Assembly: GCA_965277805.1 (NCBI GenBank)
Contig: OZ255842.1
Span: 832,001-896,000 of the forward strand
Origin: Candidatus Lustribacter sp.
GTDB taxonomy: Bacteria > Vulcanimicrobiota > Vulcanimicrobiia > Vulcanimicrobiales > Vulcanimicrobiaceae
Direction of reading: 5' to 3'
Length of the DNA stretch: 64,000 nucleotides
Part shown: positions 27,155 to 36,495 of the stretch, one piece after another
How positions within the stretch are numbered: the first letter of the stretch is position 1
Layout of the letters: each line of letters begins with the position of its first letter
The notes under the pieces: model-generated
What the model was told of the DNA's origin: nothing
Database searches by the model: none
The model's input: only the letters and a program-made list of their open reading frames with translations
Translations under genes and position numbers: made by a program

Positions 27155-27589
27155 TCACTCGTGTCCGGGCGAAAACCGGTCGAGCACGTCCCAGTCGGCG
27201 TCGAGTTCGATGTCGTAGTCGAAGGCGCGAAAGAGTACCGGTTGCGATGCGAATTCGGTGAGCACCATGTCCATCGGTTCGGGCTCGCGCACGTACCACC
27301 AGAACTCGCGCGCGCCGTGCCCGTTGAGCCGGGCGGCTTCGATCACGCCGCCCGCGTGCCGTAAGAGCGCCAGCAGCGCGCCGGTGAACTCTTCCACCGA
27401 CGCGTTTTCGGCCGGCGTCGGATAGCCGCGTTCGTCCACCGCGTCGCAGTGCACGGTCAGGTGGATGCACCACGGAAACTCGATGCTCTGTCTTTCGTTC
27501 GAGGAGAGGCGGCTCACGGCACCGACGAGCGGCATGCCGTCACGGTACCGCCCCTCGAACGGCCGCCAGTGCTCTTCGTCCATATTCAT
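27155..27589 (-). CDS. DUF695-like protein
   Basis: GYPT..E, GAREFWWY and D..W pattern; abuts thrS. Confidence 0.6.
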   Translation of the reverse strand: MNMDEEHWRPFEGRYRDGMPLVGAVSRLSSNERQSIEFPWCIHLTVHCDAVDERGYPTPAENASVEEFTGALLALLRHAGGVIEAARLNGHGAREFWWYVREPEPMDMVLTEFASQPVLFRAFDYDIELDADWDVLDRFSPGHE

Positions 27590-29290
27590 CTAGCGGCGCG
27601 CGTCGACGATCTCGCGCAGTTCGGCGGCAAACGCATCGATCGAGACCGTGCGCTTGGCCTCGGTACCGCGCTCGTTGACGTTGACCGTCCCATCGGCCGC
27701 TTCGGACTTGCCGACAACGAGGATGAAGGGGACTTTCTGCGTTTTCCAATGGCGGATCTTGTAGCCCAGTTTCTCGTTGGAAGAATCGACGTCCACGCGT
27801 AATCCGGCCGCGCGAAGTTTCCCCGCGGCTTCGTGCGCGTAGTCGAGCTGGTGCTCGCTGATCGGCGTGAGCACCGCTTGCACCGGCGCGAGCCAGGCCG
27901 GGAAGTTGCCCCCGAAATGCTCGATCAAGACGCCGAAGAAGCGCTCCATCGAGCCGGCCAGCGCGCGATGGATCATCACCGGGCGATGATCGGCGCCGTC
28001 GGATCCGCGATACTTCAGCTCGAAGCGTTCGGGCAAGATGAAGTCGACTTGCACGGTGCCCAGTTGCCAGGGGCGGCCGATCGCATCGTGCAGGTTGATA
28101 TCGAGTTTGGGCCCATAGAACGCGCCGCCGCCCTCGTCGACGGAGTAGGGCAGGTTGTGCGATTCGAGCGCGTTGCGAATCGCGGCTTCGGCGATATCGT
28201 CGGTCGGGCCGCGGTGTTCGCGCGTCGAGAGAAAATATTCGAAGTCATCGAAGTTGAACGCCTTCATCATGCGCAGCGCTTCATCGAGCGTCTGCTCGAA
28301 TTCGCCTTGCAGTTGTTCGGGCGTGCAGAAGAGATGCGCGTCGTCCTGCGTGAAGCCGCGCACGCGCGTGAGCCCGTGCAGCGTACCGCTGCGCTCGAAG
28401 CGATAGACCGTGCCGAACTCGGAGTAGCGGATCGGCAGATCCCGGTACGAGTGGGCCTGGCTCTTGTAGATGAGGATGTGCCCCGGGCAGTTCATCGGCT
28501 TGAGACGGAAGCGCTGGCCCTCGACTTCGATCGGGCCGAACATACCGTGCGCGAAATTCTCGAGATGGCCCGAGGTTTCATAGAGCTTCTCGTGCACGAT
28601 GTGCGGCGTGATCACCGGCTGATAACCGCGTTCCGCAAGGCCCTCGCGAATGAACGCCTCGACGATCCCGCGCACGAGCGTGCCCTTGGGATGCCAGAAG
28701 ACGAGCCCGCCGCCGGCTTCCTCTTCGACCGAATAGAGGTCGAGCTCGGGGCCGAGCTTGCGATGATCGCGCTTCGCCGCCTCCTCGAGGAACACGAGAT
28801 AGTCGTCGAGTTCTTTCTGTGTCGGAAAGGCCGTGCCGTAAATGCGCTGCAACATCGGGTTGTGCTCGTCGCCGCGCCAATAGGCACCGGCCACGCTCAT
28901 CAACTTGACCGCGCCGATTTCTCCGGTCGTCTTCGCATGGCCGCCGCGACAGAGATCGGTGAACTCGCCGATCGTGTAGAGCGTGATCGGTTCGCCTTCG
29001 GGAATATCGCGCGCGAGCTCGACCTTGAACGGATTATCGGCGTAGCGTTCGAGCGCTTCACTGCGTTCGACGCGCCGGCCGGTCATCTCGTAATCTTTTT
29101 TGACGATTTCGTGCATGCGCTTTTCGAGCTTTGTCAGGTCGTCGGCCGTGAACGGCTCGGTGCGCTGGAAATCGTAATAGAACCCGTTGTCGATCGCGGG
29201 TCCGATCGTGGGTTTTGCCTCCGGAAAGAGATCTTGCACTGCGTAGGCAAGAACGTGCGCCGCAGTATGGCGGAGTTCATCAAGGGTCAT
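27590..29290 (-). CDS. thrS: Threonyl-tRNA synthetase, short form without TGS domain
   Basis: RHTAAH, DLCRGGH, RDHRKLG, KPMNCPGH, RVRGFTQDD, GAFYGPK and HRAL.GS.ERF motifs. Confidence 0.97.
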   Translation of the reverse strand: MTLDELRHTAAHVLAYAVQDLFPEAKPTIGPAIDNGFYYDFQRTEPFTADDLTKLEKRMHEIVKKDYEMTGRRVERSEALERYADNPFKVELARDIPEGEPITLYTIGEFTDLCRGGHAKTTGEIGAVKLMSVAGAYWRGDEHNPMLQRIYGTAFPTQKELDDYLVFLEEAAKRDHRKLGPELDLYSVEEEAGGGLVFWHPKGTLVRGIVEAFIREGLAERGYQPVITPHIVHEKLYETSGHLENFAHGMFGPIEVEGQRFRLKPMNCPGHILIYKSQAHSYRDLPIRYSEFGTVYRFERSGTLHGLTRVRGFTQDDAHLFCTPEQLQGEFEQTLDEALRMMKAFNFDDFEYFLSTREHRGPTDDIAEAAIRNALESHNLPYSVDEGGGAFYGPKLDINLHDAIGRPWQLGTVQVDFILPERFELKYRGSDGADHRPVMIHRALAGSMERFFGVLIEHFGGNFPAWLAPVQAVLTPISEHQLDYAHEAAGKLRAAGLRVDVDSSNEKLGYKIRHWKTQKVPFILVVGKSEAADGTVNVNERGTEAKRTVSIDAFAAELREIVDARR

Positions 29291-29328
29291 TACCTCTGTC
29301 TTGGCGCCGCGCGCCCGGGAAGCCTCGA

Positions 29329-29763
29329 TTGAGCGCCGCGTACCCCCATCTGCTGCTCAACCACCTGCCGGTGGACGCAGCGCTCGCGGCGACCGTCTTG
29401 CTGGCCGTCGCGGCCTACCGCCGCACGCTCGAAGGCGCCGTCTATGGCTACGTCGCGCTGGTGCTGGTGGCCGTGCTTGCCATTCTGACGTTTGTCAGCG
29501 GCAACTTCGCCCCGCCCGCGCTGGCCCAAGTGCCGGGCATCTCGCGCGACCAAATCACGTTTCACCAGATCACCGGCCTCGCCGCGATGATCGTTTCGGT
29601 GCTGGTCGGCTTGCTGGCCAGCATCCCGCTCGTGCTCACGAACGTTGCGGCGAAGCGCGGCGTGGTGATCGCATACCTGATCCTCGCTCTCGCGCTGGAT
29701 GCGGTGTTCGTGTTTACCGCCGGCACCGGCGGCGCGATCCGGCACACGGAACTTTTGCACTGA
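29329..29763 (+). CDS. Membrane protein, DUF2231-like
   Basis: HLLLNHLP N-terminus, 4 TM segments, GG.IRH.E C-terminus; TTG start uncertain. Confidence 0.6.
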   Translation: MSAAYPHLLLNHLPVDAALAATVLLAVAAYRRTLEGAVYGYVALVLVAVLAILTFVSGNFAPPALAQVPGISRDQITFHQITGLAAMIVSVLVGLLASIPLVLTNVAAKRGVVIAYLILALALDAVFVFTAGTGGAIRHTELLH

Positions 29764-29770
29764 CCGTATC

Positions 29771-30805
29771 GTGAGCGCGCTGCAGCGAGGGTTCTGGTAC
29801 GCCTTTCTCGCTGCGATCGCGTTCGGCGCAACGACGCCGCTCATCGCGCTGCTCGGTGCCGGTGCCGGTTCGTGGACGACGGCCGGCTGGCTCTACCTCG
29901 GCAGCGCGCTGTTCGCCGCGACGGTGGAATGGAAGCCGGTTGCGCTCGCACGCGGATTCCGCCGTAACGCACCGCTGTTGATCGCGATCGCCGTCATCGG
30001 GGGCATGCTCGCGCCGGCGGCGTACGTGATCGGGCTGCGCGATGCCGGCCCGTTTTTTGCCGCGCTGACGTTGAACATGGAAGCGCCGTTCAGCGTCGCG
30101 ATCGCGATGCTGGTGTTTCGCGAATACGTGAGCCGCCGCGTGATCGTCGCGATGCTGGCGATCGTCGCCGGCGCGTCGATTCTGAGTGCGAGCGGCAGCG
30201 CGCGAGGCGGCTTGCACGCGGGCGTGCTGCTCGTCATTTTGGCAACTGCATTATGGGCGCTCGATAACGCGCTCTCTTCGCGCTTGCGCGGCCTCGATTC
30301 GCGCATCACCGTCTTCTGGAAGAGCGCGATCGGCGCGGCGCTGTCGCTCACGGCCGGGGCGCTGCAGCACGAAGCGATGGGAAGTGCCGGCACGGTGCTC
30401 GCTCTGCTCGTGATCGGGGCCGTGGGCTACGGCGCGAGCCTCGTGCTGTATCTGCGCGCGCAGCAAACCTTCGGCGTGGCCCGCACGGCGTCGGTCTTCG
30501 CAACGGCGCCCTTCATCGGCGCCGCCGGTGCGGTTGCGATCGGACGAACGCCGCTGAACCTCGCCGGGGTCGCAGCCTTCGCGGCGATGGCGTTCGGCGC
30601 GTTTCTGCACGCGACCGAACGGCACGCCCACCGTCACCATCATCACGCGCAAGCGCATACGCATCCGCACCGCCACGACGATGCGCATCACGACCACACG
30701 CACGACTCACCGGTGATCGGCGAACACGTCCATCCGCACGTGCACACTGAGATCGAGCATACCCACGATCACGGCCCCGACCCCGAACACTCGCACACGC
30801 ACTGA
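29771..30805 (+). CDS. EamA/DMT transporter with His-rich C-terminal tail
   Basis: About 10 TM segments; LNME, WALDN and APFIGA motifs; 24 His in the last ~60 aa. Confidence 0.88.
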   Translation: MSALQRGFWYAFLAAIAFGATTPLIALLGAGAGSWTTAGWLYLGSALFAATVEWKPVALARGFRRNAPLLIAIAVIGGMLAPAAYVIGLRDAGPFFAALTLNMEAPFSVAIAMLVFREYVSRRVIVAMLAIVAGASILSASGSARGGLHAGVLLVILATALWALDNALSSRLRGLDSRITVFWKSAIGAALSLTAGALQHEAMGSAGTVLALLVIGAVGYGASLVLYLRAQQTFGVARTASVFATAPFIGAAGAVAIGRTPLNLAGVAAFAAMAFGAFLHATERHAHRHHHHAQAHTHPHRHDDAHHDHTHDSPVIGEHVHPHVHTEIEHTHDHGPDPEHSHTH

Positions 30806-30822
30806 CGCGGGCCGGGCCGGGG

Positions 30823-32919
30823 CTAACGTGGTGCCTCAGCGCTCAGGTCGACGTCGTCGACACCCATGAACGTGAAGCTGCTCGTGGCCGCGGTGGAACT
30901 GTAGATGCCGAAGTAGAGCGTTACCGTTTGCCCGGCAAGCGAACTCAGGTCGTAGGGGCCCTTTCGTACGTAGCCTGACTGGTATCCGACGTCGCGATTC
31001 GATGCGTTTGCGTATGAATGCGGATTCGCTTGAGCGAGGTCGAGTTCGTAGAAGAGTTGCTTGAGCAGCGTGTGCGACGCGGGTGCAAGGATCGCGGCCT
31101 CTTGCGCGCTGCCTAAACCGAATGAGCCGGCCGTCGGGCCTGGTACCGGCGTAAGGAATTGCCCGGTGCCGGAGGTCGTGAACGACGTGCCGCCGCTACC
31201 CTCGTTCACAAAGAACGTCAGTGACGCGCCTGCCGGGACGACGACGTCTTGGCAGATACCGAAGCCGCCCTTCGTGCGCCCGGCCAGGCCGGGCGGCTGA
31301 GCGGCGTTCGTATTTCCGAGAAATGCCGCGCCCGAACCGCTATGCACCACGTCGTGGACGCCCGGAGCAATCACCGCCGCGTTGGCCGTCGTTACGAGCT
31401 GGACGAAGGTGCTCGGGCTAAGGCTGCGTCCGGTCGGCTGGAGCTCGCTTTGGTTCTGACAGATGTACCACCCCGCGGGCACGACCACGGGAGCGGGCGA
31501 GGGATTGGCCAGCGTGCCGGCGCTGTAGACCGGTGATGGAGCGCCGCCGTTTTCGAAGCCCCCGTTCACGACCGCATTCGCAAGGCGCGCATACTGCGGC
31601 AGCGGACTTCCAGTTGGTGCCGCGGTCGGGGGTGCGGTGGGCCGTACTGCCGGCGGCGCGGTCGGCGGTGCCGTCGGCCGTGCTGTCGGCGGCGCGGCCG
31701 GTGGGGCGGTCGGCGGCGATCCGTTTTGGGCGACGGCTGCCTTGCGCCAAACGGGCGTGTTCCCTAGCGTCGGATCCGATCCGTCGAATTGGAACGTCGC
31801 GATGTAATCGGCACTGACCGCCCGGCCGTCGCGCTTCGCGGGCGCATAGCCTGACGAAACGGCCGTTTCGAGTGCCGCGGCGGTCAGAGCGCGGTTGGAA
31901 ATCGAAACGATCGTTGCATTTTCCGGCATGCCGTTGGAATCGACGCTGACCCGTACGACGGCTTGTCCGCGTTTCCCGATCGCGAGCAGAGTCGAACCGC
32001 GGCGGACGAGCCGTGGCGCAACGTACGCCGCGGCGGGCGCGGCTGATGGCGGCGCGCGGCCGGCGATGGCGGCGATGACTGCCGCCTCCGCGGTCCGGAC
32101 TTCATCAGTCGCCATCGCCGGCCCGGCGGACGCGGTTTTGCTCGATCGTCCCGTCCCGGTGAAGTGTTGGGCGCCGATTTGCGCGTCGTAGCGAAATGAG
32201 AACGAGGCGCCTTTCGCGTCGGCGGCCATGAGCGTCGCAATCGTTGCGACGCCGTTCGGTGCAATGATCGCAGGATGATCGATGAAGCGCCGGCAGCCGT
32301 AAGCCACATTGCGGCAATTCACGATTGCGCCCCCGTCGATCGTCAGCGGCCGCGGATCGCGATTGCGAACGCGAAGAAACGCGAAGAGGCCCTCGTCTTC
32401 GATCCAATCGGCCGGCGCGGTCAACGCCGGCGTTGCCGTCGGTACCGGAGATGCCGGAGATGAAGGTTTGGGTGCGGGAGTGGCCTTGGCGACGACGGGC
32501 GCACTGCAGCAACTGCGCAGGATCGACGCGAGCGCGTCGCCCGCAGCCGGATCGGACTGCACTTGCGCGAGCGCGAACGTCTGATTTCCGTTCGTACAAG
32601 CAACGGAACGATGCGGCTTCATCACGACGAAGATGAATGTTCCGTCGCTGTTGTTGATCGTGTGGGCGTAAGCGATGTCGCCGACCGCTGCACGGCACGA
32701 AGACATCGGTACCGATCGGCCGTCAATTTGAGCTGAATGGGCGACCGTCAAGCGGTCTGAGGAAAGGTCGAGGGTTGATTCCTCGTTGATCGCGGCGCCG
32801 TTAGTGCCGTGAACGACGACATTCCAGCGCCACGCGTGAGCGCTCGCGGCCGCAGTGCAAAGTGCGAGGGAGGCGACGATGCCGCACCCGACTAGGCGCA
32901 AAGACCGCACGACGTTCAT
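30823..32919 (-). CDS. Secreted multidomain protein with TonB C-terminal-like domain, Pro/Thr/Ala linker and CBM-like domain
   Basis: Signal peptide; G.AVVRVSVDSNG...YAPAKRDG (TonB_C-like); VVNGGFE...VDDVDL (jelly-roll-like). Confidence 0.65.
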   Translation of the reverse strand: MNVVRSLRLVGCGIVASLALCTAAASAHAWRWNVVVHGTNGAAINEESTLDLSSDRLTVAHSAQIDGRSVPMSSCRAAVGDIAYAHTINNSDGTFIFVVMKPHRSVACTNGNQTFALAQVQSDPAAGDALASILRSCCSAPVVAKATPAPKPSSPASPVPTATPALTAPADWIEDEGLFAFLRVRNRDPRPLTIDGGAIVNCRNVAYGCRRFIDHPAIIAPNGVATIATLMAADAKGASFSFRYDAQIGAQHFTGTGRSSKTASAGPAMATDEVRTAEAAVIAAIAGRAPPSAAPAAAYVAPRLVRRGSTLLAIGKRGQAVVRVSVDSNGMPENATIVSISNRALTAAALETAVSSGYAPAKRDGRAVSADYIATFQFDGSDPTLGNTPVWRKAAVAQNGSPPTAPPAAPPTARPTAPPTAPPAVRPTAPPTAAPTGSPLPQYARLANAVVNGGFENGGAPSPVYSAGTLANPSPAPVVVPAGWYICQNQSELQPTGRSLSPSTFVQLVTTANAAVIAPGVHDVVHSGSGAAFLGNTNAAQPPGLAGRTKGGFGICQDVVVPAGASLTFFVNEGSGGTSFTTSGTGQFLTPVPGPTAGSFGLGSAQEAAILAPASHTLLKQLFYELDLAQANPHSYANASNRDVGYQSGYVRKGPYDLSSLAGQTVTLYFGIYSSTAATSSFTFMGVDDVDLSAEAPR
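31612..31716 (-). repeat. 12-nt tandem coding repeat (PPTA/RPTA)
   Basis: PPTAPPAAPPTARPTAPPTAPPAVRPTAPPTAAPT. Confidence 0.7.
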
Positions 32920-32984
32920 TGAAGCTAGAGGTAGGTATGCTGAGGAGCTTGCTTCCTTGCGACCAATGGGGAAGCCGAGCAGCG

Positions 32985-33248
32985 CTAAACGTACCGTTCG
33001 TGTTTGAAAGGGCTTTTCGGAACGGCTTTCGGTGGCGTGCCCTGGCGCATGATGCGCATGCAATTCGAGCACTTCGGCTGATGGGTTTCCGGTACCACGG
33101 CGGCCGTGGCGTCGATGTGCGCGCGGCACGCGGTCACGATGACGACCCGGCCGGAATACACGCGCACGCTATCCCCCGTGCGCTCACCCAAATCAAGGTG
33201 CGCGTTGCGCGAGGTCTTGGAAAGAACCCACCGCGGCAGCGGATCCAT
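32985..33248 (-). CDS. Small hypothetical protein, possible zinc-binding (H...C...CxxC)
   Basis: NAH, TAC and KCSNC; ATG start; lies downstream of tRNA-Val. Confidence 0.45.
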   Translation of the reverse strand: MDPLPRWVLSKTSRNAHLDLGERTGDSVRVYSGRVVIVTACRAHIDATAAVVPETHQPKCSNCMRIMRQGTPPKAVPKSPFKHERYV

Positions 33249-33309
33249 AGCTCACTTTACCACGAACCAAGCGGTCGTGAGCTCCCACAACGTGAAAGTT
33301 TTCTGAGAA

Positions 33310-33340
33310 AAAACCCTGACGTGTCATCGCATCAGGGTTT
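33310..33340 (-). terminator. Rho-independent terminator of tRNA-Val(GAC)
   Basis: AAACCCTGA...TCAGGGTTT stem with a T-run on the minus strand. Confidence 0.6.
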
Positions 33341-33347
33341 CTTGGAA

Positions 33348-33422
33348 TGGTGGGCACGAGAAGGATTGAACTTCTGACCCCCACAGTGTCAATGTGGTGC
33401 TCTCCCACTGAGCTACGCGCCC
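33348..33422 (-). tRNA. tRNA-Val(GAC)
   Basis: Reverse complement GGGCGCGTAGCTCAGTGGGAGAGCACCACATT-GAC-ACTGTGGGGGTCAGAAGTTCAATCCTTCTCGTGCCCACCA. Confidence 0.95.
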
Positions 33423-33591
33423 GAACCGGTATGGGACGTCGATTTGACGACTGGCGACTATTCGAAAGCCGTCGAGTCTCACCTTTCGGGGCCCGCCCCG
33501 ACGGATCGAAGGTTCGCCCCCCGCGGGCAAGCAAACCGCGAGGAGGCTCTATGCGAATCGGTGCTGCCCCGGCGGGGTCTGAGGCCTCCCC

Positions 33592-34533
33592 ATGACGCGG
33601 AAAGGCGCGGCGGCGCTCCTCGCCGGTGCGCTGTTCGCCGGAGTACGCTCGCCGATCGGGGCGCAGACGCCGGCCACATTGCGCATCGGGGTCTCGCCGA
33701 TCGAACCGTCGGCGGAGATTTACTATGCCAAGGACATGGGGTTTTTCGCGAAGGCCGGCCTCGACGTCGATACGCAGTCGATGCAAGGCAGCAGTCTCAT
33801 CGTGTCGGCCATCGTCGGCGGGACGCTCGATCTCGGCTTCGACACGCTGGATGTGCTCGCGACCCAGCACCTCAAGGGTATTCCGCTCGTCATCATCGCG
33901 CCGAGCCATGACTACCTCTCGCCGAACACCCTGCGCACGCAAGCGCTGATCGTTCCCGCGAGCTCGCCGATTTTGCAAGCGAAGGACCTGAACGGGAAGA
34001 CGATCGCGGTTTCCACGCTGCACAGCCTCGCCGATCTCGGCGCGCGCGTATGGGTCGATCAAAACGGCGGCGATTCATCCAGCGTGAAATTCACCGAGGT
34101 GCCGTTTCCGGCGATCTCGGCCGCACTCGACGCCGGCCGCGTCGATGCCGCATGGGTTGTCGAACCCTTCATCACGGCAGCCAAGAAAACGAACCGCGTC
34201 CTATTCTATGGATTCGACGGCATTTCCAAACACTTCATCGTGGGCGCATGGGTCGCAACGAAGCAATGGGCCACTGCTAACCCCGATCTCGTCAGTCGCT
34301 TTGCCGGCGTGATTCACGACACCGCGGTCTGGGCGAATAAGAACCCGCAACTGACCGCCGACATTCTCGCCAAATACGACAAGATCGAGCCGGCCGTCAT
34401 CGCCGCGATGGCGCGCAATCACTATGCCGAGCAGATCAGTCCCGCATTGATGCAGCCCCTGATCGACTCGGCCGCCAAATATAACGGGTTCAAATCGTTC
34501 CCGGCTCAGGAACTCTTGTTCCGACCCGCCTGA
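33592..34533 (+). CDS. ABC substrate-binding protein, SsuA/THI5-like
   Basis: N-terminal export signal; GFFAKAGLDV, KDLNGKTIAV and GRVDAAWVVEPF motifs. Confidence 0.85.
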   Translation: MTRKGAAALLAGALFAGVRSPIGAQTPATLRIGVSPIEPSAEIYYAKDMGFFAKAGLDVDTQSMQGSSLIVSAIVGGTLDLGFDTLDVLATQHLKGIPLVIIAPSHDYLSPNTLRTQALIVPASSPILQAKDLNGKTIAVSTLHSLADLGARVWVDQNGGDSSSVKFTEVPFPAISAALDAGRVDAAWVVEPFITAAKKTNRVLFYGFDGISKHFIVGAWVATKQWATANPDLVSRFAGVIHDTAVWANKNPQLTADILAKYDKIEPAVIAAMARNHYAEQISPALMQPLIDSAAKYNGFKSFPAQELLFRPA

Positions 34534-34539
34534 GACCAG

Positions 34540-34950
34540 TTACATTCCGGCCATCTTGGGGATGTTGCCGCACGCGTAGTAGGTCGGAATGTCGCTTGTC
34601 GAGTGGTGGATGTTGATCGCGAAGTCGCCGTTCTGCAGCGACATCAGGCTCACGCCCTTGAGCGTCGTCACCGACTTGCCGCGCTGAAGCGTCGTTAGCG
34701 GGTAAAACGGCGCCGGATTGAGCTTGGCACAGGTGCCCTTGTGAATATGGATCGGCTGGGGGTTGGAGGGGCCGCCCTTGGTGACGACGTTGACGACGGT
34801 GTTCGATCCGAGCTGGGACAATGTCGCCGTGGCCGTTTCGCCCGAGTGGTTCTGCGGCGAAAGGTGGACGACGACCGGTGCGGCCGCCGCAAACGCCGGC
34901 GTGGTGAGGATCAAGGCGGCCAGGACGGCCGCGCTGCGTAGCTGTTTCAT
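34540..34950 (-). CDS. Secreted small protein with Cu/Zn-SOD-like or CHRD-like motifs
   Basis: Signal peptide; QPIHIHKGTC, INIH and YYACGNI. Confidence 0.6.
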   Translation of the reverse strand: MKQLRSAAVLAALILTTPAFAAAAPVVVHLSPQNHSGETATATLSQLGSNTVVNVVTKGGPSNPQPIHIHKGTCAKLNPAPFYPLTTLQRGKSVTTLKGVSLMSLQNGDFAINIHHSTSDIPTYYACGNIPKMAGM

Positions 34951-34993
34951 AGAATGCGGTTACCCCCAAAGCAATTATGGGAATTAGGTACTG

Positions 34994-35881
34994 ATGAAAG
35001 CTGTCCTGATCGGCAACAGCGGAGCAAGGCAGACGACCGAGGCCTTCGCCAAGGCCCGGGCCATGCTTGCCGACCGGGGCATCGAGTTCGACGGCACCTA
35101 CCTGGTCAACGATCATCGCGACTTATGCCGCCGCGTCCGCCGCTCGGTGAAGAAGGGCGCGCGGCTCGTCATCGTCGGCGGCGGCGACGGGACGATGACC
35201 GCTGCGGCCGGCGCACTCGCGAAATCGCGGGCCGTACTCGGCGTGCTGCCGCTCGGCACCGGGAACAGTTTCGCGCTGAGCTTGGGCATCACCGATCTCG
35301 AGGTGGCGGTCGAAGCCATCGCGACCGGGCGCGAGGTGGCTGTCGACCTCGGCAGCGTCAACGGAACGTACTTCGCCAATTTCGCCACGATCGGTTTGTC
35401 GTCGACGATTGCCGAAGTCACACCCAACTGGCTGAAGAAAATCGCCGGCGCGGCCGCCTACGTGTTGGCGGGCGTGGCTCCGGGTTTACGCTCGCGCCCG
35501 TTCCTGTGCAAGGTCCGTGCGCAGAAACAAGAGATCGCATTCCACACCTTTCAGGTGATCGTCGCCAACGGGCGCTACTTCGGCCATACCGCGCTGACGC
35601 CCGAGGCATCGCTCGATAGCGGTCATCTGACGTTTTATTCGACCACCGACGCCACGATCGTCGATGCCGCCAAGACCTACGCCTCGATCTTGCTCGATCG
35701 CCAGGGTTTGCTGACCAATGCCCACATCATCGATGCGAAAAAGCTGCGCGTGCGCACGCGTCCGTCGCAGACGCTCGCGATCGACGGCGAGGTGCGCGGC
35801 CACACGCCGGCTCGCTTCAAAGTCGTACCCGGCGCGCTGCGCGTCATGGTGCCCCAGACGACCCCGCCGTCTGTGCCGTGA
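34994..35881 (+). CDS. YegS/DAG kinase family lipid kinase
   Basis: GGGDGT, LPLGTGNSFA, ANGRYFG and IDGE motifs. Confidence 0.92.
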   Translation: MKAVLIGNSGARQTTEAFAKARAMLADRGIEFDGTYLVNDHRDLCRRVRRSVKKGARLVIVGGGDGTMTAAAGALAKSRAVLGVLPLGTGNSFALSLGITDLEVAVEAIATGREVAVDLGSVNGTYFANFATIGLSSTIAEVTPNWLKKIAGAAAYVLAGVAPGLRSRPFLCKVRAQKQEIAFHTFQVIVANGRYFGHTALTPEASLDSGHLTFYSTTDATIVDAAKTYASILLDRQGLLTNAHIIDAKKLRVRTRPSQTLAIDGEVRGHTPARFKVVPGALRVMVPQTTPPSVP

Positions 35882-36495
35882 ACGACGACGTTCGTCTCAT
35901 CGCACTCGCCATGTGCTGCTTCGTCGCGAGCGCCGCGCTCGGCATCTCCACCGCGCATCGGGAGTTTAGCAAATTCGACGTCGAGACGTTCGCCTTCCGC
36001 GGACACGCAACGCCGCTCGCGATTTTCTTCACGCGCTGCGGTTATTGGCCGACGCTGACGGCGATCGGCTTGCTGCTGTGCGCCGCGGAATTTGTCTTGC
36101 GCGGTCAGCTTGCGTTCGGCATCGTCTTGAGCGCCACGCAGCTGCTCTCGCAGGGCGCGGCCAACGTGATGAAAGAGCTGCTGCAGCGTAAACGCCCCGA
36201 CGACTGGCTCTACCACCACGAGCTGGGCTATTCGTTTCCGAGCGGTCACGCGACCACGGCGGTGGTCTTTTTCGGCGGCCTCGTACTGCTCGCGTTGAGT
36301 TTGCCGCTCTCACAGGGGCTCCGGCTCGCGGTCGTCGCCCTGCCGGCAATCTTCGTCGTGGGGCTGCCGTGGTCGCGTTTAGCGCTATCCGCGCACTACG
36401 CGACCGACGTGCTGGGCGGTCTGCTCCTCGGCGGCGGCTGGCTCGCCTTGATGACGGCCTTCCTGCATCACGTGCCGGAAGCGCGCTTCTTGTAG
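35878..36495 (+). CDS. PAP2 family phosphatase
   Basis: K....RKRP, SFPSGHA and SRL....HYATDV motifs. Confidence 0.92.
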   Translation: MNDDVRLIALAMCCFVASAALGISTAHREFSKFDVETFAFRGHATPLAIFFTRCGYWPTLTAIGLLLCAAEFVLRGQLAFGIVLSATQLLSQGAANVMKELLQRKRPDDWLYHHELGYSFPSGHATTAVVFFGGLVLLALSLPLSQGLRLAVVALPAIFVVGLPWSRLALSAHYATDVLGGLLLGGGWLALMTAFLHHVPEARFL

